Assembly (NCBI GenBank): GCA_018238155.1
Contig: JABCTZ010000017.1
Coordinates: 116,949 to 180,948, forward strand
Direction: 5' to 3'
DNA from: Candidatus Heimdallarchaeota archaeon
GTDB lineage: Archaea > Asgardarchaeota > Heimdallarchaeia > JABLTI01
DNA: 64,000 bases
This document shows positions 21,457-32,849 of the stretch, in pieces. Each line of letters starts with the position of its first letter. Positions within the stretch are counted from its first letter, which is position 1. A model generated the notes under the pieces. That model searched no databases. It was not told the DNA's origin and worked only from the letters and a program-made list of their open reading frames with translations. The position numbers and the translations under genes were made by a program.

Positions 21457-22389
21457 ATGGATTTCATCGATATTTTTAATGATATTTGGTCTACGTTAAG
21501 TAACATCGATATTTTGATACGCATTGCTCTTTCAAGTGTGATGTTATTAATTATCATTATTCTCTCATTTTGGCAGAAAGTAGGTATGGAGACAATGTTT
21601 CTTTGGAGTTTCTTCCGAGGATTCATTCAAATTGTTTTAATGGGTTCTATTTTAACTTTAATTTTTGATATTTCAATAATATGGTTATTGTATATTGTTC
21701 TAATATCAATGTGTGTTTTTGCTGCATTCTCTATCTCGAGAAGATATCGCTATCCAAAGATGTTTTTAATAGAGCTTCTAGCAATTACTTCTAGTAGTAT
21801 GTTCATTTTAACATTGGTAATGTTCTCTGGAGTGCCTGCTGCTTTTGAAGGGATAATTCCTTTTCCACCACAAGGAGAGTTCATCATTCCAATGGGTAGT
21901 ATGGTAATCTCAAATACTATGGTAATTACCAGCATTGTTTTGGAACGAACCAAATCTGACATCTTAAAAGCAAAAGGTTCTGTTGAAGCAGCACTCACTT
22001 TAGGAGATAGCTCAACAAATGCGGTGAGAACAATTCTTAGAGATTCATATAAAGCAGGTTTAATGCCATCTACAAGTAGAGTCGCTATTCTAGGCATTGT
22101 CTCAATTCCAGGCTTAATGTCGGGTATGATTATTGGAGGAGTCCCACCAATTGAAGCAGCTGTATATCAAATAGTTATTTTCTTAATGATACTCTCTTCC
22201 TCATTTCCAGCAAGTATTATAGCAAATGCATTATTTACTCGTCAATTCTTCACAAAGGAGCATCAGTTTGATCTTGTGTTCTTAAACCAACTAGCAAAAA
22301 TAGAAGAAGAGAAAAAAGCTCAAATGAAAAAGAATAAGAAAAAAATGGAAAAATGGAAAGAAAAATTGAGAAGGAAAAATAACAAATAA
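21457..22389 (+). CDS. ABC transporter permease, UPF0014 (YbbM/FetB-like)
   Basis: RGFIQI, IIPMGSMVISN, GIVSIPGLMSGMIIGG.PP..AA.YQI. Confidence 0.85.
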   Translation: MDFIDIFNDIWSTLSNIDILIRIALSSVMLLIIIILSFWQKVGMETMFLWSFFRGFIQIVLMGSILTLIFDISIIWLLYIVLISMCVFAAFSISRRYRYPKMFLIELLAITSSSMFILTLVMFSGVPAAFEGIIPFPPQGEFIIPMGSMVISNTMVITSIVLERTKSDILKAKGSVEAALTLGDSSTNAVRTILRDSYKAGLMPSTSRVAILGIVSIPGLMSGMIIGGVPPIEAAVYQIVIFLMILSSSFPASIIANALFTRQFFTKEHQFDLVFLNQLAKIEEEKKAQMKKNKKKMEKWKEKLRRKNNK

Positions 22390-24084
22390 TTATTTTTCTT
22401 TCATTTCTTCATCGTTTTCGGTGTTACTTTCTTCATCTTTCTCTTGCATTTGCTGTTCTCTTCTTATACGATCTTTAATGAACGGTCGTCGGTATTTGAA
22501 AAGCTTCATCTTTGCTTTCTCGATTTCTTTTTGAATGCCTTTAAGTTCTCGTTCTTTATGTTGTAAAGATACAAGAGAGAGTAATTCTTCATCTGTGTCC
22601 CGTATTGTACGCCATTCTTTGTATCGATCAAATGGATATTGTAGCTTTATACGTGCAACTAATCTAGATTTGTCACCTTTTATCCATTCACTTTTTGACC
22701 AGATATTTGAAATATTGCGTTTGCTTTTATGTTCTTTATTTCTTAGATTCCAAAGGATCCTCAATTTATCAAAAGACAAGTAATGAAATTTCAGTAAATC
22801 TTGAGGAGTTCTGGATTTCATTTCTTCCCAGAGGTCGAGTTTGAATTCGCGAGTTCGATTAATAGACCAACTCATTAACAAAACAAACATTGGAATAATA
22901 AGATATGAAAAAGCTAAGAAAAGAAAATTGTAAAAACTATTTTCATCGATCAGAGCTAGAAAGGTAAAATTCAGCACTTGAAACCTGGAAAGCAGAGTAA
23001 ATGTGTAGAAAGCAATTATCGCTAACCACATAACAATATTAAAAGTAATATTGGAAAAGAATCGAAGGAAGATACTTGGTCTAATATATTCTCTAAATGC
23101 ATGCCATGATCGATCTATTAGAAACCAAGGATTTTCTTGGGTAGAATCCGATTCATGAAAGGTTAATTTTTCTTTAGGCACAAAGACTGTCTTGTAGTGA
23201 AAGAAATCAAATTGTGCGCCTTCAACCTGCCATTCTTCTTTGACATTTTTGCCGAGGAAAACGAGCAGGGGTGCATAATCCATAGGATGGGAAAATCTCT
23301 CTACAAAGGATTTTTCACCTCTTAAATAAAAATCCGCACCAATAATAAGCACAACCAAACCTAGTGCTAAAGTTAACCAGGCACTAATCGGTATTAGAGC
23401 AATCCATCCTCCGGCATAATCTGCTAAATCAATAATTGCATATTCTAATGCTGTCGTCCAGAGGAGTATCCCTGGCACAACAAATCCTATCATGCTATCA
23501 GGCACTGTTTTCCAATTTTTGATTCCATTAATAACACGTCTATACATTCCCTCAAAATAGGTCCATAATCCCATAACAATGAATATCGATCCAATAACTA
23601 GTAGAGCAGCATATATTCTTCCTCCACTACCGTCCTGAGCTGGCAGAAATTCGGTGGAGAATTGCCACATAAAGAGTGTTGAAATAAAGAATGGTATGCT
23701 TAAGAATATGAATTGAAACGGAAATAGTTGTCGAGTCCAAATAATAAAGTACTGCAAACATACTTTGACTGAACTATCCAGATCTCTATTATCAGCTATT
23801 ATTCTGAAAAAAGATCCTCCACCAATATTCCACCGGTCAAGTTCTGTCTTTAATTCTTGTGTTCTTAGGGTCAATATTGGTCTAAATCTTCTTTCTAAAT
23901 CAACTGCTTCTTTAGTGAGATCATAATCACCTTCATTCAAGTTCAAGTAAACCTCAGCACCTTCCTCTGGTTTGAGCTTTATGAGACTCTCCTTTATTGC
24001 TTCAGTTGGCCAATTGTCAATATTATCATTAAAAGCATCAGTGAGACTTCTTATCTTTGACTTCTCTTGCTGTTTTTTCATCAA
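22390..24084 (-). CDS. Multi-pass membrane protein of unknown function
   Basis: 564-aa ORF with ~6 hydrophobic segments and a charged C-terminal coiled coil. Confidence 0.7.
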   Translation of the reverse strand: MMKKQQEKSKIRSLTDAFNDNIDNWPTEAIKESLIKLKPEEGAEVYLNLNEGDYDLTKEAVDLERRFRPILTLRTQELKTELDRWNIGGGSFFRIIADNRDLDSSVKVCLQYFIIWTRQLFPFQFIFLSIPFFISTLFMWQFSTEFLPAQDGSGGRIYAALLVIGSIFIVMGLWTYFEGMYRRVINGIKNWKTVPDSMIGFVVPGILLWTTALEYAIIDLADYAGGWIALIPISAWLTLALGLVVLIIGADFYLRGEKSFVERFSHPMDYAPLLVFLGKNVKEEWQVEGAQFDFFHYKTVFVPKEKLTFHESDSTQENPWFLIDRSWHAFREYIRPSIFLRFFSNITFNIVMWLAIIAFYTFTLLSRFQVLNFTFLALIDENSFYNFLFLAFSYLIIPMFVLLMSWSINRTREFKLDLWEEMKSRTPQDLLKFHYLSFDKLRILWNLRNKEHKSKRNISNIWSKSEWIKGDKSRLVARIKLQYPFDRYKEWRTIRDTDEELLSLVSLQHKERELKGIQKEIEKAKMKLFKYRRPFIKDRIRREQQMQEKDEESNTENDEEMKEK

Positions 24085-24135
24085 TTATCAATCCATTATA
24101 CATCTATTTTTAAGGCGAAAAAAGAGAAAATAGAA

Positions 24136-24582
24136 TTAAATCATTTTCTCTAGTAAATTTTTTCCAAGCTCATTCTCAAATGTTGCTAATATACGAATTG
24201 CTAAATGAGCTGCATTCTTACCATTATCAATTCCAACTGTAGCAACGGGAACACCTGAAGGCATCTGAACAATAGAGAGAAGGGCATCCATGCCACCTAA
24301 CTTTGCTGAAACAGGCACTCCAATAACTACTTTTTTGGTTTTACTAGCACAAACACCAGGTAAAGCTGCTGCTAATCCTGCGATAGCAATAATTACTTTT
24401 GCTGGTGTTTTAGCAAGATATTCATCAAGCTCTTTTGCATTTCTATGTGCGGAAAGAACAACAAATGTATGGGGGACATCATATTCTTTTAACACATAAA
24501 CAACTTTATCAACGATTTCCATATCAGATTTTGAACCTGAAATGATTGCTACAACTGGTTCTGTCATGTTTATCCGTTCCAT
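24136..24582 (-). CDS. purE: N5-CAIR mutase / AIR carboxylase PurE
   Basis: [37 protein letters not shown]. Confidence 0.96.
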   Translation of the reverse strand: MERINMTEPVVAIISGSKSDMEIVDKVVYVLKEYDVPHTFVVLSAHRNAKELDEYLAKTPAKVIIAIAGLAAALPGVCASKTKKVVIGVPVSAKLGGMDALLSIVQMPSGVPVATVGIDNGKNAAHLAIRILATFENELGKNLLEKMI

Positions 24583-24677
24583 GTGAATGAATTTGTAGGT
24601 TCGAATGAAGGTAATATTTCCTACTACCTTGTTTCACTCTTTAATTATTGAAAGTTTCCAATGAGAAAAAAAGGTAT

Positions 24678-25604
24678 TCATTGATTCTTTCGCAGAAATC
24701 TCACAAGCTCTTTTCGATTTTTAGGTCCACTTCTTGCACCGATCTCTTGTATACAGATAGCAGAACATGCTGCTGCAATCCTTCCTGCTTCTTTTGGTGT
24801 TCTTCCTTTCGTTAAAGCATAAAGCATCCCCGCAGTGAAAGCATCTCCAGCACCGGTTGTGTCAACAACAGGCACTTTGAAAATAGGGATATTTTCTACA
24901 CATTGATCGCTAAAAATAGTTGCTCCTTCGCTCCCTTTTGTAATCGCAATTATCTTCCCTGATTTTTCTTTTACAAAATCAGAAGTAATATCATCTAATT
25001 CTTCTTCCGAGCATCTAAATATTTGTGACATTTCATCACGGCTTCCAACAATTAATTTCGCATGTTGTGCAAGTCTAAATGCTCTACTTGGATTTTGTGC
25101 GATAAGGGCTCCCGGGCTCATTGAGAAATTAATCACAAAATCACTCTCTAAGAGAGCTTCAATTGACGCGATATTTCTCATATCTGAAAGATGTGCCCAT
25201 TTTGCTTTAGTTAATGCCTCTAATGGTAGATCGTTCAATGTCAATAAATCTGCAGCACCACTGTATGCCATTATCATTCGATCCCCTTCCTTATTCACAC
25301 AGATATAACATGAGCCTGTGTTGGTTGTTTTATCAATTATTACTGTATCTTGTACATGTACTCTCTCTCGAGTAAGATCACTAAGCAAGATATCTCCAAA
25401 ATTATCTTTACCAACTTTCCCTGAAAAAGCTGTTTTGAGACCAAGTCGGCTACATGTAACGGCAACATTTGCTGCTGCTCCACCTGACATTAGTTTGAAA
25501 TCGTTGACGAATGATTCTCCATCTTTTTTAGGAAATTCATCAACAAGTGCAATCATATCAACCAATACTGCACCGATAGAGATAACATCAAATGTTTCAG
25601 ACAT
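24678..25604 (-). CDS. PfkB family carbohydrate/nucleoside kinase
   Basis: GGAAANVA, VDTTGAGDAF. Confidence 0.92.
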   Translation of the reverse strand: MSETFDVISIGAVLVDMIALVDEFPKKDGESFVNDFKLMSGGAAANVAVTCSRLGLKTAFSGKVGKDNFGDILLSDLTRERVHVQDTVIIDKTTNTGSCYICVNKEGDRMIMAYSGAADLLTLNDLPLEALTKAKWAHLSDMRNIASIEALLESDFVINFSMSPGALIAQNPSRAFRLAQHAKLIVGSRDEMSQIFRCSEEELDDITSDFVKEKSGKIIAITKGSEGATIFSDQCVENIPIFKVPVVDTTGAGDAFTAGMLYALTKGRTPKEAGRIAAACSAICIQEIGARSGPKNRKELVRFLRKNQ

Positions 25605-25678
25605 TTCTATTCACCAAATTCTGACTTAGTACACTCACTTTAGCTTCTTTAAATGAATTTTGTTCTTCTTTGCACATC

Positions 25679-27127
25679 TTAACTAACTACACCATTCTTA
25701 TCAGGAGGCTTATTTGGTAGAGTGAAGAATGCTGGTATTAACAAACAAAATCCTACAATCAATATGAACATTGGTGTTAGGAATCCATATGGTTGAGGGA
25801 TTGCGTCATAAAGAAGACCCGCAATTAAACCTCCAGGTAACCAACCAATAGTTCTGAAAATAGCTATTGAATTATACACTTTACTCTTTCGTTTTGAAGT
25901 CACATTTGTGAAGAGTGATATGGTTGAAGGTATCCACAGTGCTATTGATAATCCCAATGCTATACGTGATACAATCAATATCCAAAGATTCTGTGGGAAG
26001 AAGACAAATACCACAACCAAGCTAGCCCAGAACAAACCACAGAGTTCAGATGTGAAAAGAAGTGCTCGAGCACCTAATTTATCTGTAAACCATCCTGAAG
26101 GAAACATAGCAACAAGTACAGTAACATTTGTTGCAAGTATTAAATTGCTGATATCTAAATCATCCAAGGCATTTACACCCAATAAATCAGCATCTAATAA
26201 TCCTGCCCAATGAACACCCAAACCAATAGACCAAAAGGTAGCATCTAAGAAGAAAGTAAATGCAACTCTCAAGACCCATTTATCTTTAAACGTTTCAACA
26301 AAACCTCTTAGTATTCCCTTCTTCTCTTCTTTCTCTACTCGAGATGAAAGGATTTCTTCCGGTTCATTTGATAGTTCAAAATCCTCTTCGGTTTTTTCTT
26401 CTTCTTGCCTTATTTCATCAAAAGTTTCTGCCCATTTATCTTGTTTAACTATTTTTGTTGGGTCAGTAATAAACAATAAAGTAACGAAGGCAATAACCAT
26501 TACAATAATTGAACTATACAAATAGAAGAATGATCGTTCACGATTTGAAATCAATGCAATGGAACTAAGAATAATTGGAATGAGTGCTGAAACTGTGATT
26601 TCACCCATCCGACCGAAGAAATTCGTTAGAGAAAGAACCTTTCCTTTTTGTTTATCACCCGCAGTTTCAGTTAACATAATTGAATTTGGAGATTCATTTA
26701 GTGAAAAAGCAAAGCTCAAAATCAACACGGCGATAATTACCCAGATGATTTGTGTTGGTCTTGAAATAAAGAAAACATATGCTGCTGAAACTAATATCAA
26801 ACCAATAATTAGCACTCGTTTGTACCCTATTAAATCATTCAAATAATCAGCTAAAATTAATCCTACTAATCCACAGAAAGCAGCAGCAGTAGCAATAATA
26901 CCAATTAATCGTTCTGAATCTTTAATATCTTTAAAATAGGGATTATAAAAAGTAAAATGAATGATATTCGCTGATCCAGTGAAGAAAGCAGAAATTGCGA
27001 AGAAAATGATGTTTCTTCTTCTTTGTTCCTTTGATAAGAATTGCCTCCCAGGAGTGAGGTCCTCTTGAACGAGAGTTAAAATTTCTTCATCTGCTTCTCT
27101 TTTAATTGTCAATTGATACTTCACCAT
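25679..27127 (-). CDS. MFS transporter
   Basis: ~12 TM segments; D.IGYKR and DKLGAR motif A repeats. Confidence 0.85.
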   Translation of the reverse strand: MVKYQLTIKREADEEILTLVQEDLTPGRQFLSKEQRRRNIIFFAISAFFTGSANIIHFTFYNPYFKDIKDSERLIGIIATAAAFCGLVGLILADYLNDLIGYKRVLIIGLILVSAAYVFFISRPTQIIWVIIAVLILSFAFSLNESPNSIMLTETAGDKQKGKVLSLTNFFGRMGEITVSALIPIILSSIALISNRERSFFYLYSSIIVMVIAFVTLLFITDPTKIVKQDKWAETFDEIRQEEEKTEEDFELSNEPEEILSSRVEKEEKKGILRGFVETFKDKWVLRVAFTFFLDATFWSIGLGVHWAGLLDADLLGVNALDDLDISNLILATNVTVLVAMFPSGWFTDKLGARALLFTSELCGLFWASLVVVFVFFPQNLWILIVSRIALGLSIALWIPSTISLFTNVTSKRKSKVYNSIAIFRTIGWLPGGLIAGLLYDAIPQPYGFLTPMFILIVGFCLLIPAFFTLPNKPPDKNGVVS

Positions 27128-27228
27128 TTAAAGATTAAAAAAATTCTCTTTTAATAAGAACTGAATAAATTTCATCTGCTCTAAATTATTAAGGATTTAC
27201 TTATTATTGGTTGAAAAAAGAAAAGGAG

Positions 27229-28221
27229 CTAAGTTAATTGAGCTGCTTTTTCTCGAAGAAGTTTACGATATTTCTTTTGTAATGATAACAATTCATTGAA
27301 TTGTTCTTCTGTGAGATCCTCAACTAAATGGAAATTTTCTTCATTGATTTTCATTTCTTGTTTTTCTTCTTCCGTGAAATCAGCGATAAATTTCTTTGTT
27401 TCAGGAAAAACATCTATGAGTTTTTTTAGTGGAAAAATGGTTTTTCCTGAGTAAGCAATTGATGCAGGTTTTAATGAATGAATGTTGCCATTAAAGGAAA
27501 CTGCTGTTCCTCCATTCTTTCTGATAAAATCTAACATTTGAATATCGGTAATACTATCACCAACAGCTAAAACTTCATCTGGCTCACATGAATATTCCTG
27601 TAAAATATCGATTACATTTTCTTTCTTCCTTCCTCCACCACAAACAATTGTTTCCTCAAAGATTGGTCCAAAATCTGATTTTGGTATTTCATCAAAGAAG
27701 TATTTATCAAGATCTTTTTTTACTTCTACTAAACCATTTTTCAAAAACCGTGGAAAAATATCATCAAACAATTTGTCCAAAATAGCGATATTTTTTGGTT
27801 TTAGAGAAAAATCAAGTTTTGTACATCGAACGTTTTCTATGGTGTGATTAAGTTTCTTTGCAATTGTATGTGCATGTTGAGAATAGCTTGTTGAAATAAT
27901 AAATGTTGGAATATCCTTTTTGTGTAAATAATTGAAGAGTTCAATAGCTCCTTCTGTAGGTTCTGCTTTTTGAGATAGTGAAATCATTTCCTCTTCATCT
28001 GCAAATGAAACAATAATAGGAGAGATTAATTTGAGTGTATCTCCTGGCCAATATCCCTCTTTCTTATCAACTAAGAATAATTCATCGTCATAATCGCTAA
28101 TCATTTTGAAAAGTTGGTAGAAGTTTTGTTCTTTTCCTAACCTTTTGCCAATACTTTCTATTACATCAGCTGCATGATCGATTGGACAGAGAGGACCCTC
28201 AAGATCAAAGAAACAAATCAT
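27229..28221 (-). CDS. HAD superfamily hydrolase (COG4030/EhaR-like)
   Basis: FDLEGPL, ISTSY, GGGRK, VGDSITD..ML, SFNGN. Confidence 0.8.
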   Translation of the reverse strand: MICFFDLEGPLCPIDHAADVIESIGKRLGKEQNFYQLFKMISDYDDELFLVDKKEGYWPGDTLKLISPIIVSFADEEEMISLSQKAEPTEGAIELFNYLHKKDIPTFIISTSYSQHAHTIAKKLNHTIENVRCTKLDFSLKPKNIAILDKLFDDIFPRFLKNGLVEVKKDLDKYFFDEIPKSDFGPIFEETIVCGGGRKKENVIDILQEYSCEPDEVLAVGDSITDIQMLDFIRKNGGTAVSFNGNIHSLKPASIAYSGKTIFPLKKLIDVFPETKKFIADFTEEEKQEMKINEENFHLVEDLTEEQFNELLSLQKKYRKLLREKAAQLT

Positions 28222-28234
28222 AAATTTTTCTTAG

Positions 28235-29545
28235 TTATCTAACTACTAAAGAGTTTTTGTTCTTATTATTTTTTTCCTTGTTCACCTTTGGTTGTTTTAG
28301 GAAAAAAGCAATCACTATTGCCCCTACACTGAAAACTCCCATGGTAATAAATAACCCCCAGACGCCAAATATTTCTCCTATTGGTTTAGTTAACAATGCG
28401 CCTGAAACACCTGCAATTCCATAAGCAGTGTAAATTATTCCATAATTTGGTCCAAGATTATTCGCACCAAATAAATCAATTGTAGCTGTTGGATATAAAG
28501 AGAAATTTCCTCCGAAACAGAAATAGATTAAACAAACCCAAATGAAGAACAATATTTGACTATTTATTGTTAAAGCAAATGTAACCATCACTACTGTTTG
28601 TAATCCTGCAAAACAATATAGCACTTTTTTATAACCAAACCAATCAGATAATTTTCCCCAAACAATTCGTCCAAGCCCATTAAATAAAGCTGCCCATGCT
28701 CCAACTTGACTTAGGAATAAATCATTTGACCAAGATGCTGTCTTCCCAAATGTTTTATAAAAACCGACTATGAAAAGACCAGACGCCGCAGTCAAAATGA
28801 ACATTGACCACAACATCCAAAATTGAGGTAGCTTTATTGCTTTTTCTCTCGGATAATTTTGAGAGGCAGCAAGGACACCACTTTCTTCTTTTAGAGCGGG
28901 TTTCTTCCATCCAATAGGTTGATAATTTTCTGGTGGCAATTTAAGTGTCAACGACCCCCCAATAATCATTATTGCAAAAATGATTGCTAGAATACGTAAT
29001 AAAGACGGTACTCGGGTAAAGACCGCTGCTTCAATAACAGTATTGCTTGGGTTCACAAATGCTGTGGAAATAATGTTAAAGATGAAAGCTCCTGCCCCAA
29101 ACCCAGCAACAGCAAGTCCATTTATTAGTCCTTTTTTATCTGGAAACCATTTTGCTGCTGCAGCAATTGGACAAACATAAGCAAATCCGATTCCAATTCC
29201 AAACAGCATACCATATGTAAGTAGCATTCCAACAAAAGTAGTCATAAATGAGGAAAGTAATAATGCACATGTAACAATTACACCTCCAAATATACCAACT
29301 TTCATAGGACCAATTTTTTGCTGTAATTGCCCGGAAAATATCATTGTTATTGCAAATGTGAGTAGGCTGAGTGCAAAAATAAACAAAGTTTGACTATTGT
29401 CTATTTCTGTTGCACTAAATGAATTTAAAAATGGAGTGATATATGATCCCATATTACCCCAACAATAGATTGTCCCAAGAGCTAATTGAATTATAATAGC
29501 TCCTATTACAACAATCCACCTATTAAATGCCCTTTCTTCAACCAT
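28235..29545 (-). CDS. OFA (oxalate:formate antiporter) family MFS transporter
   Basis: NRW...LGTIY.W, KWFPDKKGLINGLAVAGFG, NGLGR..WG.LSD, NYG..YTAYG. Confidence 0.88.
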   Translation of the reverse strand: MVEERAFNRWIVVIGAIIIQLALGTIYCWGNMGSYITPFLNSFSATEIDNSQTLFIFALSLLTFAITMIFSGQLQQKIGPMKVGIFGGVIVTCALLLSSFMTTFVGMLLTYGMLFGIGIGFAYVCPIAAAAKWFPDKKGLINGLAVAGFGAGAFIFNIISTAFVNPSNTVIEAAVFTRVPSLLRILAIIFAIMIIGGSLTLKLPPENYQPIGWKKPALKEESGVLAASQNYPREKAIKLPQFWMLWSMFILTAASGLFIVGFYKTFGKTASWSNDLFLSQVGAWAALFNGLGRIVWGKLSDWFGYKKVLYCFAGLQTVVMVTFALTINSQILFFIWVCLIYFCFGGNFSLYPTATIDLFGANNLGPNYGIIYTAYGIAGVSGALLTKPIGEIFGVWGLFITMGVFSVGAIVIAFFLKQPKVNKEKNNKNKNSLVVR

Positions 29546-29679
29546 GATCTATAACACCTGCAAAGTTTACCGTATAATGTGATTGGACTTCTATGTGCTC
29601 TGATTTTAGTAGCTCTTTTAAATTCTTTTCGAAGAAATGTTCTACAAAAGTTTTCTCGATAAGAAATGAAAAGATGCGC

Positions 29680-31020
29680 TCATAAAATATTCAACTCTAC
29701 TAGGTGATCAATCCTTTTTTGGATTAGTGCTTTCGTTCCAACATCTTTTCTGTGAAAAAGAGGTCCTTTTACAAAAGTTGTTGCCTTTTCTGCTATTTTT
29801 TCTGCTTGTTCTATAGTGTCTGCAATACCCACAATAGCTATTGCTCGAGAGGATGTAGTGATTATTTTGCCTGTTGCTAATTCACTAACAGATGAATAGT
29901 ATAAATCAGCACCTTCATTGATTATTTTTTCAACAGCGACATCTATTGGTTCTTCCTTTTTAGGTGACACCGGATAACCTTCAGGTACAAGATATTTACA
30001 AACTGTAGCTTTATGCTCGAATTCCACGTTTAGCTCAGCTAATTTCTTATTGATCATTGCATTGAAAACATCAATGAGAGGTGTTTTCAAGAGTGGTAAT
30101 ACATTCATTGCTTCTGGGTCGCCAAAACGAGCATTATATTCTAGAAGTTTTAATCCCTTTGTAGTTAGCATGAATCCACCATACAAAATTCCACAATAAT
30201 CTTGTCCTGTTTCTTCTTTGATTGCCTTTGCGGATTTTCTAATGATTTCTTTTGCTTCTTCTACTATTTTTGCTTGAATGAAAGGTAATAGATGATCCTC
30301 AGCACTATAGGATCCCATTCCACCGGTGTTTGGTCCCTGATCCCCATCAAAAGCTCGTTTATGATCTTGAGCTATAGGTGTAGCAACAATATCTTCTCCT
30401 GATACAAAGCACTGAAGTGAGAATTCTTCACCAACAAGCAATTCTTCTAAAACAACAGGTTCACCTTGTTGGAAAATCTCTTTACAGAATGCAACTACTT
30501 CTGCAATTCCTAAGAGGTGTTCACCCATTAACTTTACTCCTTTTCCACCGGCAAGACCATCTCTCTTAACAACTACTTTTCCGAGTTTGTTAACATAGTC
30601 AATAATATCTTGATCCTTTGAATCTGGTTGGAAAACTTTGAATTCAATTATCCCTGGGATATTATATTTCTTCATTAAATCTCGAGTAAAACTCTTCGAG
30701 GCTTCCACACGGGCATTTGTTTTTGTTGGTCCTATGGACTCTACTCCTTTATCTTTCAAGAAATTAACAATGCCTTCTGCAAGTGGGTTTTCAGGACCGA
30801 TAACAGCAAAATTTGGTTGAATATCATTGATAAATTCCTCAAGTGCAATATAATCATTTAACTTTGCAATCTTCACTTTAGTTGATAATTTTGCTATACC
30901 GGGATTTTTTGCTTTCATGAATGCATAAAGCTCTAAATCGCTTCGTTTTAGTGCTTTTGCTATTGCATGTTCTCTTGCTCCTTGCCCAACTAGTAGTACC
31001 TTACATTTTTTTCCAGTCAT
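29680..31020 (-). CDS. purD: Phosphoribosylamine-glycine ligase
   Basis: GAREHA, GPENPL, GLAGGKGV, QDHKR, GPNTGGMG, EYNARFGDPE. Confidence 0.97.
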   Translation of the reverse strand: MTGKKCKVLLVGQGAREHAIAKALKRSDLELYAFMKAKNPGIAKLSTKVKIAKLNDYIALEEFINDIQPNFAVIGPENPLAEGIVNFLKDKGVESIGPTKTNARVEASKSFTRDLMKKYNIPGIIEFKVFQPDSKDQDIIDYVNKLGKVVVKRDGLAGGKGVKLMGEHLLGIAEVVAFCKEIFQQGEPVVLEELLVGEEFSLQCFVSGEDIVATPIAQDHKRAFDGDQGPNTGGMGSYSAEDHLLPFIQAKIVEEAKEIIRKSAKAIKEETGQDYCGILYGGFMLTTKGLKLLEYNARFGDPEAMNVLPLLKTPLIDVFNAMINKKLAELNVEFEHKATVCKYLVPEGYPVSPKKEEPIDVAVEKIINEGADLYYSSVSELATGKIITTSSRAIAIVGIADTIEQAEKIAEKATTFVKGPLFHRKDVGTKALIQKRIDHLVELNIL

Positions 31021-31324
31021 TTTTTTTCACTTCTACATTAATTTTAGATAGTAATCTTTTAAACTTTTCATTTTGCTCGTATGGTTAAACATTGATTCCA
31101 TTTCTTCTTTACCAATTAATTTGTAATTATTCATATATTGCTAAGTGAAAGAAATAGAGTTAAGAGAAATTGAAAGGATAACAATTACGGAATCATTCGA
31201 TGCATAACTAGCAATTACTACTCTGATATCAATTGTTTATGTTAATCTAATCTTCAAATGAAATGATCTGTTGAAGAGATTAAAGATGAAATCACTCTAT
31301 TAAATACAATCAAAAAAAGAAGCG

Positions 31325-32785
31325 CTAACTTTCTCTTTTACATAACCCTTGAGAAGGCGGAGATTTAATTGAGTAATTTCCTGTTAGACAAGCTAAGCAG
31401 AGATTATTATTATCTGGCCAGAGGTCGAAACCAATTGAATTGACCAATAATGGAACTGTATTATAGATTATTGCATCTACTCCAACTAGCTCTGCTATTG
31501 CCTCATCAGTTCGTCCACAAGCAATTAATTCTCGTTCTGTTGGAAAATCCGTGCCCATAAAACATGGATGGATTAATTTCGGGCAACTAATTGCGAAATA
31601 AACTTTTTCTGCTCCGGCATCCCGAATCATTTTTATGATTCCTTTTGATGTTGTACCTCTTACAATAGAATCATCAACTAGAACCACTTTCTTACCTTTG
31701 ACGAGATTTGACATCACATTCAGTTTTAGCTTTACTGCTTCTTCTCGAGCAGCTTGTCTAGGCATAATGAACGTTCTTCCAACATAGCGGTTTCTAATTA
31801 ACGCTTCAGAATATTCGATTTTTGTTTCTTTGGAGAACCCAATTGCAGCAATTCTACCTGAATCAGGTATTGGAACTACGAGATTTGCTTCGTATCCTCT
31901 TTCTTTAAATAATCTTCCTAGAGCACGACCAATTTTCTCTCTCGCTTCATAAGCGGAAACACCATCCATAACTGCATCAGGTCGAGCAAAGTAGACCCAT
32001 TCAAACATACAATGGGCAATTTTTTCTTCTTTAACCAGTCGTTTATGTTTAATGCTTTTTTCAGATACAATTAACATTTCTCCCGGTTTAACATCACCTT
32101 CAGGTTTTGCTCCAACAATGGTTAGTCCTATTGTTTCTGAAGCAATAACAAAATCTCCCTCTCGAGTTTTCCCATAACACATCGGTTTGAATCCTAGTGG
32201 ATCTCTTAATGCAATCATTTCCCCTCTACTTGTTGTGATGAGAATTGAATAAGCTCCATCTAGATTTTCAATTAGTAATTTACAAGCTTTATTCATATCA
32301 CCTTTTTCTTTTTCTAAACCGAAATCAAGGAGTTTACCAATAACTTCTGTATCTGTATCATGACTAAAACGATAACCTTCTTCCATGAGAAAATCTCTAA
32401 CTTGTTCATAATTAGCAATTGTACCATTAAAGGCAATTGCTATCTTCATCATTCTAGTCTGCATAACAAATGGTTGAATGCCAATTGTTAAATCGACACC
32501 TGCCGTTGGATATCGAACATGCCCTATACCAAATTTACCCTTTAAGGATGCTAATGTTGTTTTATCAAAAACGTCTTTTACAAAACCAAGGTCGGAAATC
32601 GTTCGCATATTTTTCTTATTGACTATTGTAATTCCAGCACTAGATTGTCCTCTATGCTGTAAAGCTAACAACCCTTGATAAAGTAGGAAACCTAAATCGT
32701 TAATACGTTTCGTGGTTCGTATACCAATAATTCCACAATGTTCTCTAGGTTTGTCAATTTCCAAGCATGTATCCTCAAACGACAT
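31325..32785 (-). CDS. purF: Amidophosphoribosyltransferase
   Basis: EHCGI, LQHRGQ, GHVRY, FEWVYFARPD, VDDSIVRGTT. Confidence 0.97.
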   Translation of the reverse strand: MSFEDTCLEIDKPREHCGIIGIRTTKRINDLGFLLYQGLLALQHRGQSSAGITIVNKKNMRTISDLGFVKDVFDKTTLASLKGKFGIGHVRYPTAGVDLTIGIQPFVMQTRMMKIAIAFNGTIANYEQVRDFLMEEGYRFSHDTDTEVIGKLLDFGLEKEKGDMNKACKLLIENLDGAYSILITTSRGEMIALRDPLGFKPMCYGKTREGDFVIASETIGLTIVGAKPEGDVKPGEMLIVSEKSIKHKRLVKEEKIAHCMFEWVYFARPDAVMDGVSAYEAREKIGRALGRLFKERGYEANLVVPIPDSGRIAAIGFSKETKIEYSEALIRNRYVGRTFIMPRQAAREEAVKLKLNVMSNLVKGKKVVLVDDSIVRGTTSKGIIKMIRDAGAEKVYFAISCPKLIHPCFMGTDFPTERELIACGRTDEAIAELVGVDAIIYNTVPLLVNSIGFDLWPDNNNLCLACLTGNYSIKSPPSQGLCKRES

Positions 32786-32849
32786 TTTTCTCTATAGTTT
32801 TAAAATTTATAGATTTACTACAAAATGAAAAGAAATAATAAAGGAGAAT

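Noticed and set aside
22390-24084. Possible NPP1/Vps62-like motif (HPMDY...FHY) in the membrane protein
   Set aside because: Too short and degenerate to support without a profile search.
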